Of a stretch of 64,000 bases of DNA, positions 19,218 to 30,939 are shown in pieces (the first letter of the stretch is position 1; each line of letters starts with the position of its first letter). The notes under the pieces were generated by a model. The model worked only from the letters and a program-made list of their open reading frames with translations, ran no database searches and was not told the origin of the DNA. The stretch comes from Corallochytrium limacisporum Hawaii (lineage: Eukaryota > Protista > Pluriformea): NCBI GenBank assembly GCA_002811645.1, contig PDIP01000017.1:186001-250000 (forward strand), written 5' to 3'. Both the position numbers and the translations under genes were made by a program.

Positions 19218-22200
19218 TGCTGGTAATGTGACTCCAAATTGTTATATATGCCAATGTTTCTATATGTTTGTACCTATCATGAGACCTCGGCCATTCTTCA
19301 ACAATCTATTTTCTCTGACACAATTATTGGCTGCTATCAAACACTCCGTTGACCCTATGACCTTTTTCATGTCACTAGGTGCAATAGATCAGTGGCCTAC
19401 TTGATGCATGACTGACAAATACCTTCTACGAATGTAACCAGAAAAACGTTCATGGAATCGCCATACCTGCGCGACACTGCAATCGACATTCAACACGACC
19501 TGTACCGCTCTACAATTCCCAAAAAAATCACATCGGTCTGTGAAGACTGGAACAAAACCTTCACCAGGTTCAGTCCGGACTCTCGCCCGCAATCCCGTCT
19601 TACTAACTCCCTTGTTCCCTGTGCACTTCTCCCGCACCGTCCCAACCTTCGAACTTGTTTTGCGCCGTTTCAGATTTCTTGCGCCAAAATATGGCCCGAA
19701 ACGATCCATATATTTAGTACTGAACAGGCCACTACTCAACAACGCTTGGACCGCTTTGACCTGTCCCTCCCCTGCCAACTGGTAAATTCTCCCCTTTCAC
19801 AGTGCCCCCCCCCCCCACACCAAGGAGGGGTGAGCGGACGGGAGAGGGGAGGGGGTTGGGGGTTGGGACATAGGCAATGGACCAAGCCAGGGGCTCCCAA
19901 AAGTGTTCTCTGGCTGATATTTTCGCGCCAAATTTTCCCCATATTTTCAGTATAGGACAGTTTGGCCATACCCAAACAGGAGGAAGGAGAGGGAGGGGGG
20001 CCGGAAAGGCCGCCAGAGCAAATGATCATGGGGGCCTCAGTTAAAGAACCTGTGCAGCATCCCATCGATCAACGGGGTCCAGCATCCACAGGCAACTCCG
20101 CGCATCAGGCGTTGCGTTCCATTTCCTAAATTGAAGGGAAATTTACTGTAGGATTGGTTACCGATTGCAATGTTACAATAGCCGTTTATGCAGCCAGTGT
20201 TAGAGCATCAATAGAGACCACAACCCACAACCATAAGATGCATAGATCAAGGATACGATCAAAAGTAGGAGAATTACAATCAGAGACTTCACAGACATCC
20301 ATACCAATTGAGCTCTCGGTGTTGCTGCTGTTGTTGATGTCTAAAGATGTTCAAACTGAATCGTTTAGACTGTTGTCATCTCGGCGTTCACCCTTTTTGT
20401 GCCAGCCCTCACCGAACTTTTGGCGCGCAGGAATTTGCAGCGGATTGGTGGAGGTGGTTCTTTGCCCTGGATCCCTTTCATGCATACTGAATGGCCTTAA
20501 TAAAATTGATTGCGTTTGGCGTCTCCCTCGGCGTTATCTCTCCAAATTTTGGGGACGCAAGTGATTTGGGGGAGGGAACGGTGACACCCTGAGTGTGGCA
20601 TATAATTAGTGAACTCCGCGTCACATGTCACCCTTGCTGCCTGCCGGAGAGGAAACGGACTCTGGCCGTGCATCCTTACGGGGTTGAGCCATCAATCGCC
20701 AACTTTTAGGCGCATCAGAATCGCCCTTACCCCGGTTGTCTAATTTTTTTGATCATTCGCAATGAATAGAGGAGCAAGAAATCAAAAGTTGGCGGCAGCG
20801 AGAGCACCAACAGCCAGTTAGTCTAGGGACCAGGGTTTGGCGCTTTTGCTTATTCAACTTTCGCGCGAAGTTTTTTTGACCGCGGGCCGTGTGGACCACG
20901 GCCATCATACCGGGGCCTCAATTCCTGGCCATCAATAGGAATATTGATCAAATGTTCGGGCCAACCCGTCCGCCCCAGGGGAGGGCCCAAGTTGGAAATT
21001 AGACTCCCTCCTATCCAATCGCCCTCCCCACTGGGCCCAGGGTTGAAAACTTTGCATAGCAACTTGCATAGATATAAAAAAGAGAAAGAAGGGTGAATAT
21101 ATTTACTATCAAAGCAATGAAAATGAGAATGCACTGCCCAGTCAGTTTTTGCGCCATGGGAAGTCACAATTCCAAACGGACTGTGTGCGGCAAAGGATTT
21201 CAAGGAATTACAGGATGAAATGGCCATGTTCCAGTCATGGTCGTCTCCGAAAGTACCTTTCTTCAAAGCTTTCTCTTCGACACTGCTTCAGGTCTCATCG
21301 AGAGGTGATACTAAGGGTTCTCCACTATAGCATTGAGACCAAATGTCAACCGCCAATGAGAGTGCGCGTTCTTGCGCTTTGGACGCGGGTGATCATTGAA
21401 GAGTGAAGAGCAGAAGTTGAGCCTGCACCCGTGGGGAAAGGGCCCGTTTTCTTTGACTGGCGAGCACGGGGCCCGTGCGCACCAAAGCTACCGCGGGTGC
21501 TTTCATAGTGAAACAGCTGCAAAAAGGTATCGAAGACAGCAACAAAATCGAGGACGGGGACGGAACTATCCCTCCACAGCGGGGGAAGTAAATAATAGCA
21601 GCGCCAATTTGAAAGGCAGCAGAGCACCCACGCCCACGAGAGGACGACGGTGTCGGCCAGTAATTGGATATTCTGCTTCTGTTGCCGAGAGTTGTGTCTG
21701 TGGCCGTGTGTGCTGAGCCCAAATCTTCAATGAGTGAAGCCAAATCATTGACTGTTGCTTGGTTTGGCGCAATGGCTGTTCCACCCCCAAAATTTCAAAT
21801 TCCATTCAGGTCTTTCGAGGAAGTTCCACTGACATGGCTGTACATGCATGGTGAGGCCACTTTGACCACTTGCTATCTGCTTCTTTCTGCAAGGGTGACG
21901 TGTTTCTTCTACCTAGTCTCCCTCTTTCCATACTACCCCGATACGCTTCGTCGTCATAATCCAGTCAGGGATTTACGGGGTGTTACTGGTTGGCAAGCGG
22001 CCCAAGTAGATTTTGGACCCGGGGAAGGAAAGGAAGGCCACTGCCAGGGGAAAGGGGGGGACGGGACACGGATCCAGTATGGAGTGCAACAATGAGAGAG
22101 CAAGAAAGGCAGAGATCTGATGGAGGAGTCTAGGAAACAGAAGTGTTCAACGAACACCCCGGAGGCGAAATCTTGGCCTGATTGAGTGTCGCTCCCTTCC

Positions 22201-22551
22201 ATTGAAAAAAAGACTAAGTTGAGCGTGCTTCTGTTCGCTATAAGGCAATACAGCCACGGTGTATGAAAGGTTCGATTGTGGATGCCCTCCGTCTTCGTTG
22301 AATTGGTGACGGCGCATCAGATAATCTATGCGCAGAGTTCATATAATATTTGGAACGTTTTTCTGACGAACGAGGATCCAACTGCGACTTTATGAAAGGT
22401 ACGTGACTTCACCAAGTTTTTCAAAGGTTCGAATGTTTCTGTGTTTTATAGGTGTGACGCAGATGGCGCACAAGTGATCAGACATAGGATTACTAAACAA
22501 TTCATGATAATTAAAATGGCAGTCATGTAGGGGTACAGGCACTGGGTAGCC

Positions 22552-25500
22552 ATGCATCCTCGTGGACTTTTAAATCTTCCTGGCCGAGAGCCAGGAACCA
22601 TGTCACGGTCAAGAAGTGCTGCTTCAGTTCAGGGAAACTTGCAAACTAGTATTGCAGGCACTCGTAGTTGTTCTGGCAGTCGCGCTGGAAGTCGTGCAAC
22701 ACTTGTTAGCAGCAAGTCGAGCACACGGACGCACGTTCCTGATATGACCGATGTTCCGGGAAATACACTTGACAACTCTCTGGCTGTCCCTTCGAAAACT
22801 GAGCCTCTGAATATGGCAACTGTTGTTTTAACAAGTACATCCCAGTTTCGGAGTGCCTCAGCTGGATCGTTGCGCCCTCAGAATCATCATAGTAGTCGTA
22901 CAAGCATGGGTAGTGGTCTGCTTGACACTAAAACAAAGGCTGCGATACACAATAATCCAATTAGGACCCGCTGCTATGCCATCATTTGCAACGTATGGTT
23001 CGAGCGGTTAATCTTGCTCACTATCCTAGTCAATTGTGTATTTTTAGCCATGTTAAATCCACCCGCGGAAGCAGAATATGTATTCACGGCAATCTTTAGT
23101 TTGGAACTGGTCTTAAAGGTCATTGCACTGTCCTTCCCAATATACATTAGGGACCATTGGAACAAGCTGGACTTCGCGGTTGTGCTCTTGGCATATGTTT
23201 CCTTCATTCCGGGAGTGTCAAACTATTCAGCGGTGAGGGCGCTGCGGGTTTTGAGAGCTCTCAGAGCTATCACAGTGCTGCCAGGACTGAAGATTATTGT
23301 CAATTCTGTCCTTGCCTCACTGCGACCCCTGCTTGATGTCCTCATCCTAGTAACTTTCTTCCTGGTCTGGACAGCCATTGTAGGGGTACAGCTGTTTCAA
23401 GGATCTTTGCGACAAAAGTGTGTGGTACAAGGTACTGTACCCGATGGGACAACTTCGCTTGGTGGGTATGGGGTTGCCACAGTGGACGGAGTGTACGCTC
23501 TGCAAGAGGAAGGTGAATTTAAACTCTGCGGATCATTCCTTTTCACAATCCAGTGCCCTGACTCCGTCGATGGTTTTGCACTGAGATGTGAAGCCATAGG
23601 CGAAAATCCATCTTATGGATTCCTAGGCTTTGACAATTTCCTCATGGGATCTCTGGCGTCGTTCCAGTTGATCACTTTGGATTTTTGGGAGAGCATTTAT
23701 GACGCTGTGAATGCGACAGCGGGCTGGATCTATGTCCCATTCTTCATCATTTCCGTGTTTGTAGGTGCGTTCTTTGTAATCAACCTCATGCTTGCTGTAG
23801 TAGCACTGGCGTATGAATCACAAGTTGAAGAGGATCGAATGCAGAAAGGCAGAGATCTTCGTGCAGCCGAAGCGGAAGCACGCGCTGAGGGAGACTCGAA
23901 GTCGCTTGCCGAGATTGCAGCATCGAGAGACACCCTAAAGTCCGTTTCTAATCGCAATCGCAATCTTGATGTCCCAATGCCTCGACTAACTGCCGAGGAC
24001 TTTGGTGGAAATCTCATTATTTCCCGCCTACGGGACTGTTGCAATCGGATAATCATCAACGAAGTTTTCCAGGCTGTTATTGTCTTTTGCATCCTTGCAA
24101 ACACCATTGTTCTTGCTCTCGAGTACCCCACTATGTCAGACTCATTCAAAAGAGTCACAGAGGGACTCAACTATTTCTTTATCGCGATTTTCGCTCTAGA
24201 AGCTCTTTTGAAGATTGGAGGCCTGGACTGGAAGAACTGGTGGGCTGACAAATTTAATCTCTTCGACTTAATCATTGTTACTATCAGTTTTGTGGAGCTT
24301 GGGATTGCGGGGGCTGGCAACCTCAGTGCTCTTCGCATGCTCCGTACGCTTCGCATCTTTAAGATGGCGAGGAATTGGAATACTATGAGAAAATTGATCT
24401 CGATCATGGCAGCATCTATCGGTGCCTTGGGTAACCTCACGCTCGTGTTGGCAATCATAATCTACGTGTTCGCCGTCGTGGGCATGCAACTCTTTAATGA
24501 CTACAAGCCTGAAGACTTTGGTGGTAGTGTTCCTGCTTGGAACTTCTCCGATTTCTATGCCAGCTTCTTGATGGTATTCCGCATCATGTGTGGAGAGTGG
24601 ATTGAGCCTCTCTGGGATACCATGCACGCCTACAACCAGGCTGCAGTTCTATTCTATATTCCTGCCCTATTTATTGCCAATTTCCTTCTCCTGAACTTGT
24701 TCTTGGCCTTGCTTTTGAGTGCATTCGGCGACATGACACACAGAGAGGAGCAGGTCAAGCAAAATTTCTTGGCAAGTCGTCTCAGTGCCATGTTGGCCAA
24801 GATCAAACCATCTATGAGGCTCTCCCTGCGAAAGACTAGAAACACCTCAGAAACTGACGGAAGCCGGTCAGCAACATCTAGCGCATTGCAAGCAGTTCCG
24901 GAGGCTTCTGAGCCCCCGTCAGAGTGCCGCATGACAGACGGAGGGGCCACTCTCAGAAGCACTACCTCGACCCTGGAGCCATCGCAGAAGTTTACACCCA
25001 AGAAGACAATTCATCGGATGTCTCTAGTTGACCCGGGATTGCGGGTCTCGCCAAATACTGTGGTTCATGTGGTAAGTCGGAAGGAGAAGAAGCCTGTACG
25101 AGAATTTGTGAAGATGGTAGTAGAGCACAGATATTTTGAATGGTTCATCATGTCAATCATTGCTCTGTCCTCCCTTGCACTGGTCTTTGAGGATTCAAAG
25201 CTTCCTGATCGCCCGGTATTGGAAGATGTACTGAATGTTGCAGATGTGATCTTTCTTTGCATCTTCTCTCTGGAAGCAGCCATGAAAATCTATGCCTTTG
25301 GACCCTCAAACTACTTTGGCAACGGATGGAATCGTCTTGATTTTGTCATTGTTGTCTTTGGTATCATTGGAGAGATTGCGCAGAACAGTAACCTTGTTGC
25401 ACTGCGAGCTGTCCGAGCGCTACGTGCCCTGCGTCCTTTGAGAGCGATTTCGCGGTGGGAAGGGATGAAGGTTGTGGTTGATGCCCTTCTTAAAGCCTTT

Positions 25501-27903
25501 CCTGCCATTGGAAATGTCCTTCTGGTTTGTGCAGTTCTCTGGCTTATCTTCAGCATCATGGGAGTTGGCTTGTTTGGAGCTCAATTTAAGAAGTGCATCG
25601 ATGCGGATGGAGACCTCTTCCCGACGTCGCAAGTCAATGTGTTGAGTGAGTGTGAAGGTGCGGGTGGCACCATTGAAAACTCAAAAGTGAATTTTGACAA
25701 CACCTTTAACGGCTTTATTGCTCTCTTCCAGGTAGCCACTTTTGAAGGCTGGATGGAGATCATGTCGGATGCAACAAGCGCTCGGGGTATCGGGTATCAA
25801 CCAGAAGAGAATTCCAATCGGGCCGCCTACGTGTACTTTGTCGTCTTCATCATTGTGGGTTCCTTTTTCACCCTTAATTTGTTCATTGGTGTCATCATTG
25901 ATGAATTTGCAAAGATTAAAGAGGAGTGTGATGGGAACGCGCTTGTGAGCAAAGAACAAAAGGAGTGGTTTGGGATGATGAAGCACCATCTGGACAATCG
26001 CCGGGAACAAGGTCGTTTGCCGAATAAGCCGCCAAAGCAAGCATGGCGTGTGGGATTTTTCAACCTAGCTGAGTCCGTTCACTTTGAATTCTTCGTCATG
26101 GGTGCAATTTGTATAAGCATGGTGGTGATGGCTCTGGAACATTATGAACAAAGTGACACTTTCACGCTGGTTCTGAACATTTTCAACGCTGTTTTTGCCG
26201 CAACCTTCATAGTTGAGTCGCTGATCAAGATTACTGGTCTTGGATGGAAGCAGTACTGGCGGTCAGGCTGGAATCGGTTTGATTTCTTTGTCACCTACGT
26301 CAGTCCCATTGGGAGTATTTTGGGCTTCGCTATCAGCGGTTTTGGGCTTAACCTGAACATATTGCGGGTTGTTCGAATTCTTCGGGCTCTGCGCATCCTG
26401 CGGTTGGTGCGGTCGGCTCAGGGTATTCGTCGATTGATGATGACCTTATTGTACTCGCTCCCCGCCCTCATGAACATTGGTACCCTGCTCACTCTGGTCA
26501 TTTTCATTTATTCTTGCCTTGGAATGTCTCTCTTTGGCAATGTGATCCAAAACGGGGCTATCAACGAACAGGTCAACTTCAGCACATTCGGGTATGCAAT
26601 CCTACTTTTGTTCCGTCTCTCTACGGGAGCTGGATGGAACGACATCATGGATGCCACAATGGTCAGTGAACCGAATTGTGATCCGAACTACAACAATTTG
26701 CCGAATGGTAACTGCGGTTACTATTGGTTCTCACTGTTGTACTTCGTTTCATTCATCTTCTTCGCATTCTTGGTGGTGGTTAATATGTATGTTGCCGTCA
26801 TTTTGGAGAATTTCACGATTGCCAAGGAAGAGGATGAGGTAAACGCATCATTTGATGAAGAAGATCTACAGGCCTTCCATTCCCGGTGGGACGAGTTTGA
26901 TCCGGAGGCAGACTTGCATATCCACGTGAACGAATTGAAGCCGTTCCTGGAGGGATTACAGGGACGTCTGGCCCTTCCAGCCGTATCTGACAGTGTTATC
27001 GCAAATCTTGCGTTTCCAATCTACGGAGACCAGATATTGAAGTGGGACGTCCTCAATATTCTACTCGCTGAGGCGTTGTCAATTCCGGAGATTCCAATTG
27101 AGGCACAAGCGAAGCTGCGGACAATCGTGCTAAAGCAATATCCTGTGGTAAAGAGGTTAAATGCTCCACATACAACTGTGGAGCTACATGCGGCAATTCT
27201 GATCCAGAGATGGGTCCGCAAACGCCTGAAGACGAAGAAATGTAGAAACGAGAGCTGTTCACCGTCTGGTGTGTCTTTCGCAAGCATGCCTTCAACACTG
27301 AGCCCAGTCGCATCCAGAGAACCCAAGGACCTTGATCCTTTATCGGTAACAATCTCTACTGACCTTGTGCTTTCCATGGATGGGATAGACGAAGGGATTC
27401 AGGAACCAAGCCCGGTAGCAGTCAGTTCACTGCCGCCAACGGAGTCGATGGAGGGACTGGGAAACACAGATCTGGCGAGCTCGCAGAATCTTGAAGCCGT
27501 ACAAGCACCCATCCTTCAAGAGTCCGCGCTCTCTCTGGCAGACGTACACGACCCTTCCACAAGTCCTCAGTCGACATCATCAAAGCATTCTATCCGTCTG
27601 CCGGCAGGCATCCACTTTCACGATGACGATGGATTGGCGTCCCAAAGGAGTGCGAGTGCACCCGTGGGATTGTCTGAGAATGACTCCAGCTCTGACAACG
27701 GGCACCAAAGATGCTCGGGTGGCCCGGAAACTGATGGCTCTAATGTGCCAGTACCGGGTCCGCCACCCTCTTTGAGCTCGCCGCGACAGGTCCATGTCAG
27801 TGAGATGTCACACAATGAAGAGCAGACAGCTAACCAAGACGATACCGGATGGAAACACTCCGCGCTCTCTCTTGACCCTGAAACTTCAGGACGATCAGAG
27901 TAG
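22552..27903 (+). CDS. Four-domain voltage-gated sodium-channel-family alpha subunit (Nav2-type, DEEA filter)
   Basis: Four 6-TM repeats with Arg-periodic S4 segments (RALRVLRALRAI; RMLRTLRIFKMAR; RAVRALRALRPLRAISR; RVVRILRALRILRLVR). Pore loops LITLDFW, RIMCGEWIE, VATFEGW and LSTGAGW are Nav-like. EF-hand-like C-terminus and IQ motif (ILIQRWVRKR). Single exon, 1783 aa. Confidence 0.95.
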   Translation: MHPRGLLNLPGREPGTMSRSRSAASVQGNLQTSIAGTRSCSGSRAGSRATLVSSKSSTRTHVPDMTDVPGNTLDNSLAVPSKTEPLNMATVVLTSTSQFRSASAGSLRPQNHHSSRTSMGSGLLDTKTKAAIHNNPIRTRCYAIICNVWFERLILLTILVNCVFLAMLNPPAEAEYVFTAIFSLELVLKVIALSFPIYIRDHWNKLDFAVVLLAYVSFIPGVSNYSAVRALRVLRALRAITVLPGLKIIVNSVLASLRPLLDVLILVTFFLVWTAIVGVQLFQGSLRQKCVVQGTVPDGTTSLGGYGVATVDGVYALQEEGEFKLCGSFLFTIQCPDSVDGFALRCEAIGENPSYGFLGFDNFLMGSLASFQLITLDFWESIYDAVNATAGWIYVPFFIISVFVGAFFVINLMLAVVALAYESQVEEDRMQKGRDLRAAEAEARAEGDSKSLAEIAASRDTLKSVSNRNRNLDVPMPRLTAEDFGGNLIISRLRDCCNRIIINEVFQAVIVFCILANTIVLALEYPTMSDSFKRVTEGLNYFFIAIFALEALLKIGGLDWKNWWADKFNLFDLIIVTISFVELGIAGAGNLSALRMLRTLRIFKMARNWNTMRKLISIMAASIGALGNLTLVLAIIIYVFAVVGMQLFNDYKPEDFGGSVPAWNFSDFYASFLMVFRIMCGEWIEPLWDTMHAYNQAAVLFYIPALFIANFLLLNLFLALLLSAFGDMTHREEQVKQNFLASRLSAMLAKIKPSMRLSLRKTRNTSETDGSRSATSSALQAVPEASEPPSECRMTDGGATLRSTTSTLEPSQKFTPKKTIHRMSLVDPGLRVSPNTVVHVVSRKEKKPVREFVKMVVEHRYFEWFIMSIIALSSLALVFEDSKLPDRPVLEDVLNVADVIFLCIFSLEAAMKIYAFGPSNYFGNGWNRLDFVIVVFGIIGEIAQNSNLVALRAVRALRALRPLRAISRWEGMKVVVDALLKAFPAIGNVLLVCAVLWLIFSIMGVGLFGAQFKKCIDADGDLFPTSQVNVLSECEGAGGTIENSKVNFDNTFNGFIALFQVATFEGWMEIMSDATSARGIGYQPEENSNRAAYVYFVVFIIVGSFFTLNLFIGVIIDEFAKIKEECDGNALVSKEQKEWFGMMKHHLDNRREQGRLPNKPPKQAWRVGFFNLAESVHFEFFVMGAICISMVVMALEHYEQSDTFTLVLNIFNAVFAATFIVESLIKITGLGWKQYWRSGWNRFDFFVTYVSPIGSILGFAISGFGLNLNILRVVRILRALRILRLVRSAQGIRRLMMTLLYSLPALMNIGTLLTLVIFIYSCLGMSLFGNVIQNGAINEQVNFSTFGYAILLLFRLSTGAGWNDIMDATMVSEPNCDPNYNNLPNGNCGYYWFSLLYFVSFIFFAFLVVVNMYVAVILENFTIAKEEDEVNASFDEEDLQAFHSRWDEFDPEADLHIHVNELKPFLEGLQGRLALPAVSDSVIANLAFPIYGDQILKWDVLNILLAEALSIPEIPIEAQAKLRTIVLKQYPVVKRLNAPHTTVELHAAILIQRWVRKRLKTKKCRNESCSPSGVSFASMPSTLSPVASREPKDLDPLSVTISTDLVLSMDGIDEGIQEPSPVAVSSLPPTESMEGLGNTDLASSQNLEAVQAPILQESALSLADVHDPSTSPQSTSSKHSIRLPAGIHFHDDDGLASQRSASAPVGLSENDSSSDNGHQRCSGGPETDGSNVPVPGPPPSLSSPRQVHVSEMSHNEEQTANQDDTGWKHSALSLDPETSGRSE

Positions 27904-29261
27904 GTGATTCAAAGACAACGACCCTCCTTTTTCAATAAGAAGGTCGAAACCAGAGAAGGTGTCGGATTCGCAATGCTTCACACATATGACGTATGTACAA
28001 TATGATACAATAGTAGAAAGTAAGATACAACGCACGTCTTATCACAGTCAGCAATCATGTGTGGGTATCGAGACTTCGGAACGCATATTTGTCTGCCCTT
28101 ACAAACTTAGCGGTCGGAAGCATGTGATACCATAGAGGCAGACTAGTATGGCAGCAAAAGCAGCCAAGATCGTGTTAAGGGCCACCTCTCGGGTCTCCCA
28201 TCTGTGTTGGAAGACCAAGTCCCGTTTCTACCCAGAGTTCTCGCGCACGGTTTCGTAGGGACCTCGGGTCCCGGAGTCGGCAGGGCCAGTAATGGGGTCA
28301 AATTGGATTTGTCAGCTACTTCAGCGGGGCCCGGGGCTGGTGCTCCTGCGTTCCGTCATTTGGGGTAAGGAGGGTAGTTCATTCCCTTTCCTCTCCCCCC
28401 CCCCCTTGACTGAAAGAAAGCGGAGGAAGAGGTGAGCAAAAACGGCGTGGCCCCCCCCTTTCTCCTCCTCTTCCCATCTCGCCCACATCCGGCCCTCATT
28501 CATAGTTCATTGTCCCGGTTCCCCTCCTTATGCCACACTCGCTGCGTTGGCCAACCTATGGAGATAGTGAAGGCCAAACTCCCATCATACAAAGTGCAAA
28601 ATGGCCCTGCTTCCCTTTTTATTGCTGCTGGGTGTGCATGGGAGCATAAGTGTCGCGGGTTTGCTTGTGGTCAATATCAGCGGAAAAGCGGATGATACGG
28701 CCCCCAGTGTGTGTAAGTGGTGCTGGGTGCTCTGGAGCATTCCCATCCAGCGATCCGCCCCCTGGGTACACGGGGGCCGTGTGCTCAACCCGGGCAACAT
28801 TAGGAGATTTCTCTGGGACGATGAGTGGGGTTTTGTGTGACTCCTGGCAGGCCAAACTGGCACGCAAGATGAAAGCCCCAAGCAGGCAGGCGTGCGCTAC
28901 CGCAACGGCAAAACCCGGCGATGGCCGTGTTGGGATAGAAGCATGAAAAAGGGGGGGCGGAAGGAGGTGTCGATGGACACTCTTGGGGAGAGACGAGAGA
29001 GTGGGTGTCGGGGTGGGGCGGTCGCGAAGGAAGTACGCAACAACCAACAACCAAGACCTAACCCTAGACACCGGTATGAGGGCCAAACCGCCGTGAAAAA
29101 AAAAAGAGAAGGAAAAAAAACTTCTGACGGACAATAAGAGAAAACGGGAAAAAGATATTTGACAGACATAGAGGGGAAAATGCGCACGTAGGGCTAACAA
29201 ATTCGCCAACTTTTTTTTCAGGCGTTGAGTACTCTTCTCTCTCGCTTATTAGAACTCTCAT

Positions 29262-29286
29262 CCCCCCCGGGGGGGGGGTGGGTGGG
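29262..29286. promoter_or_regulatory. C7-G10 dyad (cleanest example of the recurring intergenic C-run/G-run element)
   Basis: cccccccggggggggggtgggtggg about 380 nt upstream of the CaMK ATG; similar elements at 8017-8095, 19805-19867, 50033-50060 and 58490-58521. Regulatory function is inferred. Confidence 0.4.
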
Positions 29287-29662
29287 TTTCGGGGTTGTGT
29301 GCGCTATGCTGCGCAGTGGGGGAGCCAGTAATTAGGGGTCAATCAGCGGTTCAGCAGAGTGGGGAAAGCACAATGAGACTACTCAGGTGTCGGCCTGCTG
29401 CTGTGGGCATAGTGGGTGCATGGCAGGACAAGTATTTTAAATAGGCATCTGGACACATCCCTATTAAGTACTGTTTGCGATCATGGTGCTGCTTTGACAG
29501 ACGGTAGTTATGCAGCGTTCCTCTAGGGAAGACTACATCAAAGCGGCCATCCTCTGACTTGGTTACATTTCTGTCCCTATCGTCTGTGTGAGCCGGGTTT
29601 GTGTGGCGATTAGTGTCCAGGTAGCAGCAAGGTTTCTGGCCAAGAGCCCCCATAATCTCGAA

Positions 29663-30772
29663 ATGTCGAAAAGTGAACGTTACGTCAAAGATGCAATTGA
29701 GGGCAATCCTTCTCAAGACTATGACATCAAGCGCCTTTTGGGTAAAGGTGCCTTTGGGCACGTCAGTCTCGGCCGCAGTAAGAAAGATGGAAGCAACCGT
29801 GCACTGAAGCAAATTGTGAAGAGGAAGCTCAGCTGTGCCAACGACATTCTTGCTGAGATCAATACCCTGAGAAGAGTCAATCATCGACACATCGTAAGCC
29901 TTTTCGAGACTTACGAAGACGACAAACAGATTGTTCTAGTAATGGAGCTGGTCACGGGTGGTGAAATGTTTGATCGTATTGCGGCTCGGGGCTCTTACAC
30001 AGAAGAAGATGCTGCAGTTGCTGTGACTCAAGTCCTGAGTGCCGTATGCTACCTGCACGCTCAAGGTATTGTGCACCGCGATTTAAAGCCGGAGAACATT
30101 CTATACGCCAATGCTAAGCCTACATCAGACATTAAGATTGCCGATTTCGGTCTAGCAGGTGCTCTGGAGGGCGATGAAAACAGCATGACAGGTATGTGCG
30201 GCACTCCAGGTTACGTCGCCCCAGAGGTTCTGCTGAGCAAGCCATATTGAAAGCCGGTTGATATGTTTGCCATCGGTGTTATTGTCTACATTCTGCTCAG
30301 TGGTTATGAGCCATTTCCTGGCCAGAGTGATGTTCAGATTCTCGAGAATGTCATCCGCTGTAAGTACAAGTTTCCAGATGATCTGTTCGGTGACATTAGC
30401 CCCCATGCTATTGACTTTATTACGTCACTACTGCAGAAGAACCCAGACAACCGTTTGACTGCTGCTGGTGCTCTCCAGCATCGCTGGTTGAAGTCCGGAT
30501 TCGATGCCACAGCACCTCAACTGGCCAAGACTCTAGAGAATATAGAGGCATTCAATCGCCGGCGCAAAATGCGTCGCGGTATGGTGGCAATCAGCGCCAT
30601 CAATGCCTTTTCCAAGGCGGGTAAAGCCTTTGCCCTGCGGAGACAGTCAAGTGACAGCTCGGCACCATCGGACAGCTCGGCACCATCGGAGAGCGAGAGC
30701 AGCAGTCAGCGCAATAGTGTTGAGGAAGGAGTGATTCCCGCGAGCATCTCTGAAGGTGTGAACGTCTATTGA
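29663..30772 (+). CDS. Ca2+/calmodulin-dependent kinase (CaMKI/IV-like) interrupted by one in-frame TGA at 30248-30250 (pseudogene, sequencing error or recoding)
   Basis: GKGAFG, ALK, HRDLKPEN, DFG and CGTPGYVAPE, then KPY*KPVDMFAIGVIVYILLSGYEPF continuing in the same frame to a CaM-binding FNRRRKMRRGMVAI. The ORF track splits it into 29588-30250 and 30263-30772. Confidence 0.88.
30653..30688 (+). repeat. 18-bp perfect tandem duplication (DSSAPS x2) in the CaMK tail
   Basis: gacagctcggcaccatcg occurs twice in tandem. Confidence 0.9.
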
Positions 30773-30939
30773 AGACGCAGTAAGGTCTCTATGCATCAAA
30801 ACTATTTCCATCATTAAAACTTGTCACATGTCACTTGACTACTAAGAACGACTGCTGTATGTTGCTAAAATGGATGTAATGAAAATGTAGTATGCAAATG
30901 ATGAAATGTCGAATGTTTTAAGCCATACAAGTATTGGAT

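Noticed and set aside
22399-22451. Possible 5'-UTR intron of the Nav gene (GTACGT...TTTTATAG)
   Set aside because: Lacks the ACTAAC branch motif found in every supported intron here.
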